A DNA stretch of 64,000 nucleotides. Source: Balanoglossus misakiensis (Eukaryota; Animalia; Hemichordata). Positions 27,371 through 42,561 of this stretch are shown here, piece by piece. The translations under genes were made by a program, and so were the position numbers. Positions within the stretch are counted from its first letter, which is position 1. Each line of letters opens with the position of its first letter. Location: assembly GCA_040954595.2 (NCBI GenBank), contig CM082589.2:1280009-1344008 (forward strand), in the 5' to 3' direction. The notes below the pieces were generated by a model that had not been told where the DNA came from, made no database searches, and saw only the letters and a list, made by a program, of their open reading frames with translations.

Positions 27371-30300
27371 AGAAATATTGTGTTTGTCAGTCAAACAAGC
27401 TCGAATTTGGGCATTTTGTTGCTAGTGATGTTTTCTACAGCTTTTGACACAAAAAGGATGACGTCACCGACAACTTTTCGCTGAAATTTGTGTTTGTGTG
27501 TATCGTGAATGACCTTTCGATTCGATGCATTGTCAACTTTGGCAAATTTAATATCTGCTTTGAACTTCTTGCTTCTGTAGTTTTTAGTTTCAAAGGACTT
27601 CCTCCTGAAAACAAACTGTGTACATTGAGTGAAATAAAAAGGAATGCATGAAAAAATGTAAATACTTGAATATCAAAGACTGTCTTTTCTTTTCTGTAGG
27701 CAAATTTAGTAAAAGTTCATCGACTGAAAAGCTTGCTTTTTGCAGTATGCTATATTTGCCCCTTGCATACGTGTATAATTAGCATATTGTAAGGTATTAG
27801 CAACTCATTATAGGGGTGGGCAGCTTTCGCCTGAGGGACACAAGACTCCCGAAGACGCCAAATATGCGGAGAATTATCTCACCATTACGTGTAATTTGTA
27901 ACAAAATGACATTTTATGTTATGATGTGACAATGAGAACCTAATAAAGATGACATGGCATTATTGTAATTATTAATTTTATCACAGGAACCGAGTTTGTG
28001 TGGAAGGACGGAAGACATTTTGAAGCCAATTTAAAATGCTGATTTTTGTTACATGTTTTTTCCCCAGCAGACTGGTTTTATCAAGTAAAAACTTGTTCAG
28101 AATACTGAAAAATATCCAAGTAATACAAAATGTGTGAATTTTGAGGCATTTCTTGTTACTTCACAAACCAGGTACTGTATAAGACTATGATTGTCATACC
28201 AGCAACAGTGAATACAAAGCTCGTTTAATACTAAATTTAGCTTGAATTTTAGCCTCTTTTCCTCTGAAACAAGATTTTACCAAATGGCACTTTGTGTAGG
28301 AGTTAATTGTGTCACCCAGAATTTGTAATTATGAATTTTTCCTATCTTTTACAGTGAGTTTTGTTAGACAATTTTAAAACAACTGAATATTCTATACCTG
28401 ACTGTTTTTAGGTTTTGCTTTATGTACACATTATGATATCACATGATTAAAATTGCAACAACAACAAAATGATGTGAAAAATGGAAACTGATGACAACAA
28501 ATACTACAAGTGTAGTGATTTTAGACAGTCAAAGATATATGCCAAGTACAATAGTGTACATGGGATTTTAATTTCAAAAGCAGACTGCTGTGATCAGTGT
28601 TGCATGATGTAATCAAGACAAGTCGTGTTATACATTACATTCTCATTTAACAGAAGAAAATCTGTCTGGAAACAGGTAAAATATAAAGATTCTCTTGTTA
28701 CAATAAATTGGATAATTTTTAAGAAGACATTCAGGAGGTTTTCAGTGTTCATCCACTTCTGTTTAGCAGAGGAAAATTTGTGTGTTTTGTCATGACGGAA
28801 ATGTGCTTTGTAATTGAGGATTTTATGAAATATGCCTGTTTGATAGCATTCTTTGGATTAAAATAATAGATTTTTCTGTAAATTAAGTATACACAAATCC
28901 TAAATTTAAATTTGAGTTTATATGGTGAGATCACTTGAGGAAAAATCAAAAAACTTACTAAGCTGGAAATTAACTGTTTGAATAGTATAACACAATCTTT
29001 TTCTCCTGTATGGAGACAAAAACTTGAACATTTTATTATAAAAGCCAAAATTCAAATCCTACAAAAATTGTACTATACTGACTTTTCTTTTTGCACTGCA
29101 GTACAGTACTCAGTTGAACGTAGTCTAAGGATGTAACTACATCTGTTAATGTAGACAAACAAGGCATATGATTGTGCAGTGCATGTCGAACTGTATTTTT
29201 TTCAGGTCAAAAAGCATGTTTTGTGTTTTTTTTCCTATCGTTTCCACTGTCATCAATTGCCTTGCAGGTTCATTTTGATCACAGATGGAAGGTTATCAAA
29301 CTTTGCAGGATTATAGAGTTGTGTCAATCTTATGACATTTTGGGGCTGCCTTAAGGCCAGTGTAAGGATAACACTGTATTATACTAAGGGAAATGGTTGC
29401 ACCCAATGTGATGTGGTTCCCATGGTAACAAAAGACCTTACTCTCCCTATGGTTTTTAGTTATCACCAAACAGAAGAATTTATTCCCTTTTTTTAAAGCT
29501 TTTGATAATTCCTATCTTTGTTTTATCGTATGTAACACAAAATATGTTAAACATTGCATATTTGCAGCAAAAAAGGGAAAACAAACAAATTATACCAACA
29601 TTTTTGTCGTGTTTGCTGTCCCTGTTTTTGTAGAAAAGTGATAATATTGACTGGCAACTCTCTATTGACACTTTCTCATATTTCAACAATGTTTTCCAGC
29701 TAACCTTTGCAGTAAGTTACATGTGATTCAGATCTCAAACCTGTTGAAAAAGGGAAAAAATGGTTTGCAGCATTGCTGTGGTGTCGTAGAGTTGAAAAAT
29801 GTGTAGTGTAATGGGCTGTGGTCATAAAAGCAAATTGAAATTTGCAATTTGCCACATGGACAAGTCTACGCACGGAAAACATCACAGAATGACCATGCAT
29901 ACTCTGACACGTCACCTCTCGATGTGTACACTCATGTCAGTGGTCACTTGCCTTTTCCACATGAGTCAAAGTGAAACAAACTTAATAAAAATTCATACTA
30001 CAGTAACATTTTCTGTTTTTGAATCAATCAAAGTGACAGAGGATGATTGAATACACGGAAGGTTTAGCTGGTTATTTTATTTTCCTTTTTGTATGCAAAC
30101 GATGTCTTGCATGAGTGGTCAACTGGACATGACTCAGAAGTTAAAAGAGTGTCCTGAAAAAAATGTCTGAATTCAGTGGAAGTCTGGATGAGACAGTTTC
30201 TGTATTATATTGTGCATACAAATAATGGTTTCAAAACATTTTAGGAGGGGAATACAAATAACTTGGAGTCAGTGTAAACAATTTGAAAATTTTGGTTGTT

Positions 30301-33300
30301 TTGGGGTGTTTTAAATAAATCTTGTGCTATTGTTTTTCCCCTCTAGACTATATGTGTGATCTAAATTTCCAGATTTTGATAACAATTTCATGGTTATGAA
30401 CTTTTTGCTGCGTATGAAACGTGACGTACAGCAAATGGGTGACTTTATGAAAAGATAATTGAATGTGAACAACAGAATGTGTTGAGTTGGGTCTTAGCTT
30501 GTTCAGTAAAGTGAAATAATCAAGTTGCAGAATACAATTTCAGTCAAAAAATGTGTTTTGAGTCGTTTTTTTTTGTACAGATATCGGATCCAAATAGTTG
30601 GTTCAAAGGTAACAAGCACTGCGCATTATGTGGCTGTTACTTCCTTACAGTACCCTCCCTCTGGAGCACAGCGCACATGGGTAGAACAAGGTTTCCATGT
30701 GAGACAGGCTTTTTATGTGTGGGTTTGCAATTTATAATCAGTCCTCACAGAAAAAAGCCTGTTTGTTTTCCTTTTAAAAGCCAGGTTTTGGTTTTGTCAC
30801 TGATAAAGTCAGTTTTGTTTGTAGAAATTTGAATAAACAATTGACGTGTATTGTTGGATATCGTCATCTTGTTGAAACAACAAATTCTCGAGAAAAAAAA
30901 ATGGATAGACCCATCTGGTTATATATGAAATTAATTTTTAATGAATGAAGGTGAAGATGTTAGATAGATTATCCTTCTTGTTCATATTTAACAACAAATG
31001 CATTCTTTATTTAATGTAAGCAATTTTGAAAACGGTTCCTTTCTCTTAGATTTATTTTAGTTACCGAAAATTGAAATGGATCTAGACTTCTAGTTTTACA
31101 ACACAATTGAATGTTTTTTATGAGAAATTATACATAGAATAGTTAACACTTATTTGGGGCTATACTGATATAAACTAAAATTTTCTGACTTTCAAAGAGT
31201 ATTTCCCCTAATCTTTTTAGTGAGAAAGCAGTTTTAATTTTGTATCAAATCTAATTGTGGAATGAATAGGTTGACTACTCAAGCATTATGAAGATTGATT
31301 CTCAAACGTTGCAGAAATAATATTTTTTTGTGTGTAATTTTAAACTCAAAATCTACATTGATGAGTTTTTAAATTTAAAATTAAAGGAAAAATGATATGT
31401 AGTTGTCACAGTTTTACTGTCAGATGAGGGTTAGGTCATTTGGGTTGTGGAATGTCGTGTGTTTGAGTGGGTGTGGCTTTGAGGCTGTATGGCCACGTTT
31501 TTTGTGAACATTGGGTTTTGAAGTGGTGTCAAAGGTCATCTCATGATCACAAATCATGTACGGCCTTTTACATGTTTGTAGGACCATCCTGAAATCCTTT
31601 TTATGTCCAGTGATCGTCAAAGCAACTTTGAAATTTGGTGTTGATGATGAGAGAAAGCGTGGAAGCAATCTTGTAAAATTCAAGTGACTGCTCTTTTTTA
31701 GACATCGAAGGTCTACTGAGAGAAAAGAGGAAGATATGGGAATTTTTTTAAAAGAGATTTGAACTTAATTTGCGAGGAGTAGATAGACAGATGAATAATT
31801 CAGCTGGAAGAGAGATACATTTCAAACTCAGTGTGAAATGTACAGAATGAAGATTTTAAATTATCAAGTATTGGTAGACTATTTTGTCAAACTTGTAGTA
31901 TTTCAAAGAAAGTGTTTTTGAAGCAGCGAGAGGTTGTGGTTGGGTGACTGATTGGCATGGAAACAAATATTTTTTGACTGGATGAGTGCGTTTTGATTTG
32001 TACCTACTAGTATTATAAAAGCAGAGATATAATTTTAAAAAACTACTCCAGGTCAGTTTGTTTTGACTGATCATAAACAGTTTTCCGTACTTGAAATCCA
32101 AGTCTTTTTACAACCAAATTTTCTCTTTTATTTCACAACACCACAACCTTCTCATTCCTTTCTTTTTTTCTCCTAGACAGAGTGTCATCAATAAGTCAGC
32201 CCGTAAAATTTTTATTAGACTTTTGATCTTGTTGATGAAAAGGTTTTCACACAAAGCTTAGTTCACTTTTGTTTGAAAGAATAAAACAAGTAAAGTAGGT
32301 GTTTTCACCCATGCTGGTTTGAAACTGTTACACCTTAAAGTTGTTCGGTAAACGTTTCCGTTGAGGTTAACGTAATCTGACATGCAAGAAGTTAAAAACC
32401 CAAATGTTTGTGTGATGCAATTGTGGTTACGGACATGTGGGTAATGTGGCCAAGGCCATGTAGATGTCGGACAAGCGATAATACCTCAGAACCAGTTGTT
32501 GTATATTCACAATCTTACAATGAAGTGTACACTAGCAGTTAATTTGTATGTATGAACAATTGTGACCTTTCTTCTGTGAGTGTGTTTCAGTTGTTTGCTT
32601 TTAACTTGTGTGTGGGTCTTTTCAAAATAACGGTAGATTTGAATTATCCACATAATTGGTTGGTTTCTTTATCGGTTGGTTTTTGAGGTGTATTATTTTG
32701 TCCCGGTGGTTGAAAAGATATTACCTAGTTTATTTTATGACAGACAGCTTCAAAACAGCATGTCTCAGTGTAGTGTAACTTAATTAACTGAAGACTTGTG
32801 ACATTGAAACTAGACAATTTGGTTTTCATTATGTTCGCCTTCAGACGAAACTTGGTGTGCAATTAAAATGACGATGTGATTTGTTGTCGACATAAAATGA
32901 AACACAGTAAATGACTATAAATGAAAGTGACAGGTTTAAGTCCTTGTGTTACATTTTCTGTGTTTAAAAAAAAACCCAGCCATGTCAATAATTTGGGATG
33001 AAATGTAAGATCTGTTATTTTGGTTCGGAAACATCCAAATGCCAATATTGAGTAGAAAATTAGATTTATTTTGTATGTTGGTTTCTGATTGTTAGATAAA
33101 ACACTGTAGCCCACTTGATTTTCAGACCAATATGTTCATGTCTGTCTGTTTCATATGATGTCACTTCCTGTTTCATTATATATATTCTACACCCACTACA
33201 TTTTATTTTTGCTAAAATTAAAATTGCATCCATTCCTAAAGTGATAAAAATACAGTTAAAATTTATTTGAAATGAACACACGTTTGGTTACTTTCGATGA

Positions 33301-35158
33301 CAATTTAATAGACACACTTAGTGGACACACCGCTGAAATTAAATTTGAAATCTTCTTACGATTTTTGATCATTTATTGTTTTTAATTACATATATTCATA
33401 TTATTGATATTTTGCAGAAAGTTATGAAAACCAGGTACATTGAATTATTTTGGCACCATGTTTGATGCTTAAAATTTACTAAAAGCTGTTCAGTCAGTTC
33501 ATCTGTGTGTTTGATTTTAATGCTTGTGAGCTGTAATGCTTATAACATATTCAACTTTGGTCATTTGTGGTCAGAAATTCTGTATAATCAGTGTTCACTG
33601 AGAGATTTTGTTTGAACATTTTGATTTCAATAATAGCCACAATAAAATAAAGTCGAGTGTAGCTGTTTAACCAATTTGATTCATGTCTATTTCCATTGTT
33701 CTATTTACATATCATATTCATATTACAAAATAAAAATTCATTGCTATTCATGTTTCAGTGCATATTTATGTGCGACATATTTAATGTCTTTGTCTCTGTG
33801 GCATTTATAAAAACCTGGAATAAAACATAGAAATATTTCTGTTCAATATTTGATTGACATTTAGGATGATATTGTTGATCAGATATTTGTTACATTTTTG
33901 GATATTTTATTTCCCATTTTGATCCAACGTTGAATTACTTTTATTTTCATATTTTGTCTCAGTTAAAAATGCTTTGTCGAAATGACATGAAAGTACATGA
34001 AACGACAGTCTGCGTCACATTTATAACTAAGTGCTAAGGGAACATGAAACTTGTACGGAAAAAAGAGTCAAATTTATCAGAGACAAGGTGACATAGCTAC
34101 TGCCCGAAGCTCCAACAAGCGAAATATCTCTATGTGTAATAATCAGTTTTTCAATGATATTCTGAATATCGTTTTATAGAATTTGAGGGATAATGATGAT
34201 GAGAAAACTGATTACAGGATTTAGTCATTCTGAAAATCCACAAGATTCTTCAAATAAATTCTGATGAAAGCATTAGGGTTTTGGTATCAAATAATAGGGC
34301 ATGGTTTTCCAATCTCCATGCATCATTTCACAATAACAACAGAATTGACAGTAAATTTTGAAATCTAGCATATATTTTTTTTATACCAAAACAGCTATTT
34401 TCTTAATATGTGTCTCCATTTTTGGCTAACTTATTATGTTGTCATCAGTGTAGGTTTAACTTGTGTTTGTCGATCTACAAGTGTTTTATGGAAACAAATT
34501 TAGTAGCTAGCTGTTTTAGAAGTGTGTGTTGGAAACATTTTGGCGCGAATTCTGTCCATAAAAGGGCATGAAGTTGAAAGGTCAAAGTTCGTAGGGGAGG
34601 GTCCTTGATTTGCACAGACTATGCAGATAAACACACAATGTGTAATACATGAGTTTGTAACAAGATATGCTTTTGCATCCGGTTAGAACTACATGTAGAT
34701 CACAAATGGATATTGGTTTTCAAATTGACCAGCTTTTTCTGTGAGCTGTTTGGGATTTTTAAGAAAAATGGACAGATGAGAATTGTAGATTGTATTTTCT
34801 GTTGCTGATTTATAAGTTGTCATTTTTGAAGTGCCAGATTTCGACCCATACTTGTATAGCACGTCTGGTATTGCAAACTGCTACCACATTAGAGGTCATA
34901 TATCTGACTTTAGGGGTGAAAGGTCACACACCACCCGTCGAAGGGGAGGGGAGGGGAGGGGGGGGGTTGATGTCAACTGCACATTCCTATCATACATATA
35001 ACTACCGATTAGGTGTAGCACCCCCTGATGTTTTTGCAACGTGATTTCATTTTCAGCATTATTTGCCACAAAGAAAACCTGTTTGAACCATCAGAAAATT
35101 TGACCAGGTGTTTGTTTAATTTCAGAAAGCTAAGTGACCTTCATTTTTCTCAAGCACC

Positions 35159-38100
35159 ATGGCAACAGTGAGTGTATCAACTGACAGTAACCTGGAGGGC
35201 CCTCCAGCCAAGAAAGCCAAGATTGAAGAAGTTGACAATGAAAGTTCAGAAAAAAATCCTGAAGTGAAAACCATTCCAAATGGAGAAATTTCCACAAGTA
35301 CAGAAGGTAACTTAATAAGCTTGTTTGTCTAGCTTGTAAATTTTCTTGGTCGTTCATAAAATGATTCTTGACTACGGGTGAGATAAAGTTTATAAATGCT
35401 TTGCCAACTGTTCTTGCAGGTTAGTGAGGATTAAATAGTGATTTTATTTGGTTGAAACCATTACCAGAAAGGGGTAGAGGGTACAATGTACATGTAAGTG
35501 AAAAGAATGTATTTTAATTTCCTTGTAGAACCAAATGGAGAAGTTTTGGACAAGGAAGTTGTTGCAGAGATCACTAAAGGTCAAGATAATGGGCCTAAAG
35601 AACCAGAAGTGATTTCTAAAAATGAGGAGAATTCTTTGAGTTCAGATGAAAGCAAAAATGTGGCAACAAAGGCGATGGAAGTGGAGAAGCCAAAAGAAGT
35701 CGAGAAAACCGTGGAAAAGGTGACTGTAAATGAGAAAATCCCAGAAACTCAGAAAGCTGGAGAGAGTTCCATGGATAATATTGATCCCATATCGATGATG
35801 GAATGGAGAGATGGAATTGCAACATTACCCGGCAGTAACCTACAGGTAAAAAAGATGCAGAATCTTTTATCTGTTATTGTAATTATTAATATATGTATAA
35901 TGTCAAATATATCAACTTTGTCCAATTTATTCCTTCTTTCTTTCTTTTTTTTTTCCTTTAGTTTAAAATGAATGAATTTGGAGTTTTGGAAATTATAAGT
36001 ACAGTTGAGACAGAATGTGGTGAATCTGTGATGACAGTTGGCAGCGAAAGCAAATCCATGATCTCTGCTACTGTTACCAAGCCAACAGCATCAGTGATCT
36101 CTCCATCAACATCAGGGATCTCTACCAGTGTGGCCAAGCCAGTGTCATCATTGGCCAAAACTGGGCAGTTTATAACCGTGGCCAAGCCTGGTACCTCAGT
36201 ATCCATTGGGAAACCCACCCTGGCTTTGCAAGTTGTTCCGGCATCTGTTGGATCTCCTGTGACTGCAACAGCAACAGCGACAACTGCAACACTAACAGCG
36301 ACCCGAGTAACAGCAACTGCGCAAGGAAGTACAACTAATGTTACTACTGTCTTGACGACAACACCGAAATCGGCAAATCTCATCGTCAAAAGTAAGTTAA
36401 TCACAAACACTGATTAGTCCTGTTAAATCATTATCAAATTATGGCATACTGACTTTTTTGTTCTCAATCAACCTGACTAATACTAGAAATTTCGATTTTT
36501 TCCCTTCAGGCATTGATGAGACTGGTCCAATCTGTTGCTGTGAAAACTGCGGACGTTATGGATTTGCGTCCGAGTTCGTTAAATCGGGACGTTTCTGTCG
36601 CCAGGGCTGTGTCATCGCATATTCCAATAAGTAAGTCCCTGAACAGGTTTTTGTCAGAAACAGTACATGCCACAACTGGATCCATCATATTCTCTGTGAC
36701 AAGTAACGCTGATTTTATAATTCTGCTAGTATCTCTGATTTTTATTAATTATTCCTTGCATATGTTTTGTGCATTTCAGACATGGCATGGTGAAAAAAGT
36801 TGGTGAGAAGAAGCCTCTCCCAACTATATTGATTAAAAAACACAAGAAAAGAAAGATGAGTCATAAAATGGAAGAGGTGGGTCATATATAGTTGCAGAAT
36901 ATTGTTACATTGTGAAAAAGATACAGATCATTGTTACATTTCCAGATTGTATGTATCATTTCTCAATGACACAGCATTGTTTTGATACAAAATATTGTTA
37001 CTCAAATATATACCTGTCGATAAAAAGTGTTTTCTCTTTGTGCTACTCTCAAGACAAAACATGGCGATTTAAAACTGAAAATTCGTGTCAGCAGAGACGG
37101 AAAAGATGAAGATTATAAGATTGGAGAGAAAACTGGCCTGAAGTACAGTAAGTTGTCATCTACATTTTGTATATCATTCCCTTCTTTTCTTGAAATGTGC
37201 ACAGAAACATATATGCGAGACAATCTTTTTATTGACTGCTAAAAATCTGGAATTGATTAGAAATTATTACTGTAAATGTTTCCAAGTATTAGAAAAGTCA
37301 GTTCCAGGTAAAAGAAAGCTGCCATGATCTAAAATATACATCAGATGTATTTACATAAGGCTTTTTTCCCCCTTCTTAATGAATGAACGATATTTGTCCC
37401 TGTGGCTAGAGGTCAGTTTGGACAAACATGGCTGCATGATCGAGAGCTTTCCATCCAGAAAGGACCTTGTCATGTGTCAAAGTTCAATGTATAAACTTTG
37501 ACATAATAAGTATCATGGCAGGTTTTCACCATTGGGGGCGCCGTCATCTTGTCAATAGCTGGGCCCCGCCCGGTGAACATGAATATGATCTTGAGAGCAT
37601 ACCAGTGTCTGACTAGAAGTAAAACTATCATTGGAATAACAGAAATACTTGAGAAAAATTCATAATAAAAATATATTGCTTTGATCTGCAGCAAAGAAGA
37701 AGGGATTTTCCTGGCCAGCTTATTTGGAACAAGAAAAAGCTGTTGGTGCTCCAATCAAATTATTCAAAGATGTAAGTTGACACAAAAATAACAGTTTCTG
37801 ATGGGAAAATGTTCCTGTTTAAGTCAAATGATGTTAGCATTGTTACCGGAACTTTACCAATCAAATAATCCATCATCATTTCCATTCTGAACAGCCTTTC
37901 CCATCTGCCAAGAACGGATTCAAACCCGGAATGAAGTTGGAAGGAATAGATCCCAAACATCCATCGATGTTTTGCGTTCTGAGTGTCGCTGAAGTGCGTG
38001 GATATCGCGTGCGACTTCACTTTGATGGCTATTCCGAGTGTTACGATTTCTGGGTCAATGCAGATAGTCCCGATATTCATCCTGTTGGTTGGTGTGAGAA

Positions 38101-41100
38101 GAACGATCACAAATTACACCCACCAAAAGGTGAGATGCAAAGAAACTTGTTAAGATGCAACTCTGTTTGTCGAAAGCCAACTTTTCTATGACAAATGGGC
38201 CATGTGTCACAGTGTTGCCATTTGAACAACGCCCTCTATAGTTGGTGTTCTATTTGAATAAGTTGAAAGGAGCAGAACTTTGAGTTTTTAAGTTCAAGAA
38301 AATTGTTTTTGGTACGAACGTGATTCCATAAAAATATTTCAATCTAAAACGGTTGTTTTTATGCATTGCTTTCAATGGAATGTAGGGTGGGGTAAGTTTA
38401 TATGAATATCTGCCTGTTTGATATTGTAAATGTGTGGAAATTGGAAACACATATTGTTAATGTTGCATGCCAGTACCACTGTACTCCCCTGCACCATAAA
38501 TGAAGTAACCTACTTGAGTCAAACCATTGTTAATTGTGGGTGTAGTGAGGCTTTTGGTTATAGTGTAGTTGTCCCTTTAAAGAAAATAGAAAGTGTTGGT
38601 ACATGGAAGCGTTTGATACATGTACATGTACATTCAGATTGATAATTCATGTCTCTCTCATCCTTAGGTTTTGCAGCTGAGACCTTCAACTGGAGTAGTT
38701 ATCTGAAATTATCCAGGGCCCAAGCTGCTCCAAAACATGTGTTTAGATGTACTAAGTTTGTAAGTATCATTTTAAGGATGACAGAAAGAGAACATAAGGT
38801 CAAATAGCAGTAATAAGAATTGCCAGTGTAGCTTTAACTGAGTTGAAACTGAAGTGGTAGATATGAATTTCACTGTGTGTCTAAAGCATATTTGTTGTGA
38901 ATGGGCAACTCTTACAGGTGAGCAGCTAGCTGTGAAATATGATCAATTTCCTTGTCTACCTCATCAACACCTCCCCTGAGAGTTGTAAATTCGTACCTGC
39001 ATGAAATGACTTACTGCATACAAGAACTGATCAGAAATTCCTGTCTGCATTGTCGCATTTTAACATTCATTCACAGTGTTTCATCTCAAGGGAGACACAC
39101 AACAGCCAGCTGCTTGTTTAAATGAATAAAGAATTCCTCATATACATCACTAAAAGCCATTGCTGGTTTGCATTAAAATAAACTACACCAATATAAATTG
39201 CAGATTATTTCTTCTAATACTGCACCCACAAACATTTCTCATATTTTGTCTTTTTTTCCAAGGACATTATAACGCCACACGGATTCCGTAAAGGAATGAA
39301 ACTAGAAGCTGTGGACCGCAAGAATCCATCACTGACATGCGTTGCCACGGTAGCAGATGTGATGGATAACCGATTTTTAGTTCATTTTGATGCCTGGGAT
39401 GATTCCTATGACTACTGGGCGGACTCCTCCTCCTCTTACATCCATCCTGTCGGATGGTGCCTGGAGAACAACAAAATACTTACCCCGCCAAATGGTAAGG
39501 ACCTTACCAATTCCAAAAGTCAGCCCTTCATGTCTTGTAAGTGCAGGAAACTTATATCTGTATATTTCTGAAATTTACATGAGTGTCAAATAAGTTGAGA
39601 TATGATCTTGCTCTGACAATACTAATACTTTCCTCACATATTCAGAGCACCAAGGGCATGATGCAGGATTATCAGAGATGATAGCCAGCTAAAATTAGCC
39701 AAACTTGTTGTGCACATGCCATTTTATGTATATTAACCAGACAATGTTTGACAGAAGTTACAGTTTTAGACACGATGACCTCTCTTGTTGACCTCTATTG
39801 GCCTATATACAAATGTTTCTGGGTCTTGACCCAAAATTCAGTGACGTACAGTTGACATCTGTGCATAGTCCGAGTCATTCATCACACAGAAGCAGAACAA
39901 GATTATAAGGTTATTGACACTGTCCGTTGGGCAGGTACCAAATCACGACATTGGCCTTGCTATCATGTGTAAACACTCAGAAGTCTTACTATACATGTCC
40001 CAGAGGAACTGACACCATTTGGACATTGATAACAACAGTTTCTTGATTTCTGTCGTCTCTTACAGATTCTTTAGACCCAGATAACTTCACGTGGTCAGAT
40101 TATTTAGCACAGACAAAGGCATTACCAGTACCCGCTAGAGCGTTTAAACCTGTAAGTCGCTTGTTAATAAATCTTGTGTGAGTTATCGTGGACATTTTTA
40201 GACTGAATTAAACAACCATCATGTTCTGTGCCATGCAATTTGAGATTGAAACTTTCCTTCTATTCATTAACAGAAACAAAATGCAGGATTTCAAATTGGA
40301 ATGAGAATCGAAACTGTCGATCGCAGAAATCCTACTCTCATCAGAGTCGCCTCAGTCGTGGCTGTTGATGGACAACGAATCAAACTACACTTTGATGGTT
40401 GGGCAGATGATTACGATTATTGGGTTGATGACGATAGTTCTGACATTCATCCACCTGGATGGTGCGCCAAATCTGGACACCCACTGCAACCACCAATCAG
40501 TCCTGTAGATTTACTTGTCACACCTGGGTAAGTAGCCAATCACGTCAAAAGATATGTGCCACTTAACAGTGAGAAGCATACAGTCAATAATCAGTGAGTC
40601 CTAGTATTTATCAGTTATATCTGGGTGAGTACGTTGCCCCAATCAGCTTATTAAGATATCATGCTTGATGTTCTTATAGTTATACAAGTTATACACCTGG
40701 TCTGTATCTGAAGATTAATTGTATTTACCTTTGTTTTCCCATTGTCTTCTATTTCCTCAGCCAATCAGGGTGTCCAACACCAGGATGTAAAGGTATTGGC
40801 CACATTAAAGGTGCTAAATATATAGGACATCACAGCTCTTTTGGATGTCCATACTCCCAAGCCAACATGAACAAGGAATCTGCATTACAAGACCGTCTCG
40901 GAACCAATCCAAAAAGTCAAGAAAATAATATCATTGATAAGAAACCAGTACTGCCTATACCACAGTCTCCAGAAATGAAGTAAGTATAAAAAATAAATTT
41001 ACTCTTAAATCCAACATTATTATGGATTATGTAAAAATTATGTGAAAAATGGTTAAAGTTTTCTTTGATTTCAATGATTGTAATGATAGTTAATTATTGA

Positions 41101-42561
41101 TATGAACCAACTCAGAGTTTTCAGTTTTTTTAATGGCTTTGCCCCCAGGAAATGTCCAACACCAGGATGCGATGGCTCTGGTCATGTGACTGGCAAGTAC
41201 ACCGCCCACCACAGGATATCTGGATGCCCATTGGCTGAGAAGAATGTGAACAAGATGAAGACCAGAGTTGTTGACAGTTCACCAAGTGTCACTCAAACAA
41301 GTGTAGCTACAGGGAGAGGCAGACGATCAAAGTAAGTGAATCTCATTTGTTAACTTGCCGATTATATCATCAAGTAGACAGTTTTCTGATTGGACCTCTA
41401 CATACATGAAACAGGGATGAAAAGGTTAACCTTGGCTTTAGATCTTATTGTTCTTGTTTTGTTGTTGTTTATACGGTAAACGATGAAAAGAATATTCCTA
41501 GCATATCATTAAACAGAACCAAATTTTATCTCCCCTTTTTGTGCCTCCCTGGATTTCATAGATTTAAAATACGGTGAGTTTGTAAAATACTTTCCTTGGC
41601 AAAACTTTGATCAACTATGTCCAATTTTCTTGTACATCTCACAGACTTCTGTTATGGCAGCAATAACACTTTACCAAAGCATCTGCTGATTTTTACCTCC
41701 TCATTTCAATCTCAATATTCGAAAAAAGACTAATAATTTGGTCTCTGTTTTTGTTGCAGACACAACAGAGAGAAATTGCTGAGTTCTCCGGATACGAAAT
41801 CCTCAGATCATAGTAAAGGTAAGAATCGGAAAATTTTCAAATGTACAGTTATATCATAAATTTATTTTGTCGAATATGAACTCTTAGGACTAATTTTGAA
41901 GTTTCTCATTCAAATGTTGACATTTTTTTGTACTTTAAATTTCAGAGGGATCACCCAACAACCTGCACCATCAACTCCACCAATCAGTGTTCATGTCAGC
42001 TATGACCCCTTATCCTGCTAAAGATTTACCACTGTGTTGGGAACAACATTCTAAACTGTTACCTGGGGTGTCTGGCATCACAGCTACAGAGGTTGCCAAG
42101 TGGACAACTGATCAGGTGTCGGAATTTGTTGGCAAATTGCCAGGGTGTACAGAGCATGCCAAGAAATTTTCCGAAGAGGTGAGTGGCCTTTTGAATTGAT
42201 GACGTAATCCTGTAAGAAGGTTCTGTATCTCTGTTTGAAACTCTGTTTGCGTGAATGTACCTTCAAAGAAGCATCATTTTAAAAAAATCATGTAAAACAA
42301 GACACTATCTTGCATCACTAATGAATTTGTCAAATCGGTGGCATACTATAGGGGGCGCTATTCCATATCTTGTTGAATGTTCAACTGTAGTTCAGTAATC
42401 AACAACAAAATCTATTTTTGTTCCGACAGCAAATCGATGGTGAAGCATTCTTGCTGTTAACACAGACAGACATTGTCAAGATCATGAGCATCAAACTAGG
42501 CCCAGCATTGAAGATCTATAATGCAATACTTATTCTTAAAAGTTCTGATGATTCTGTGTAA
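35159..42561 (+). CDS. L3MBTL3: Lethal(3)malignant brain tumor-like protein (L3MBTL1/3/4 pro-orthologue): FCS finger, 3 MBT repeats, 2 C2HC fingers, SAM domain
   Basis: 18 coding exons: 35159-35306, 35529-35845, 35962-36391, 36510-36630 (FCS: [15 protein letters not shown]), 36780-36876, 37054-37147, 37692-37771, 37895-38129, 38668-38759, 39263-39494, 40066-40151, 40274-40527, 40761-40979, 41149-41331, 41562-41573, 41760-41818, 41946-42178, 42430-42561. MBT motifs [23 protein letters not shown]; SAM motif [31 protein letters not shown]. Confidence 0.95.
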
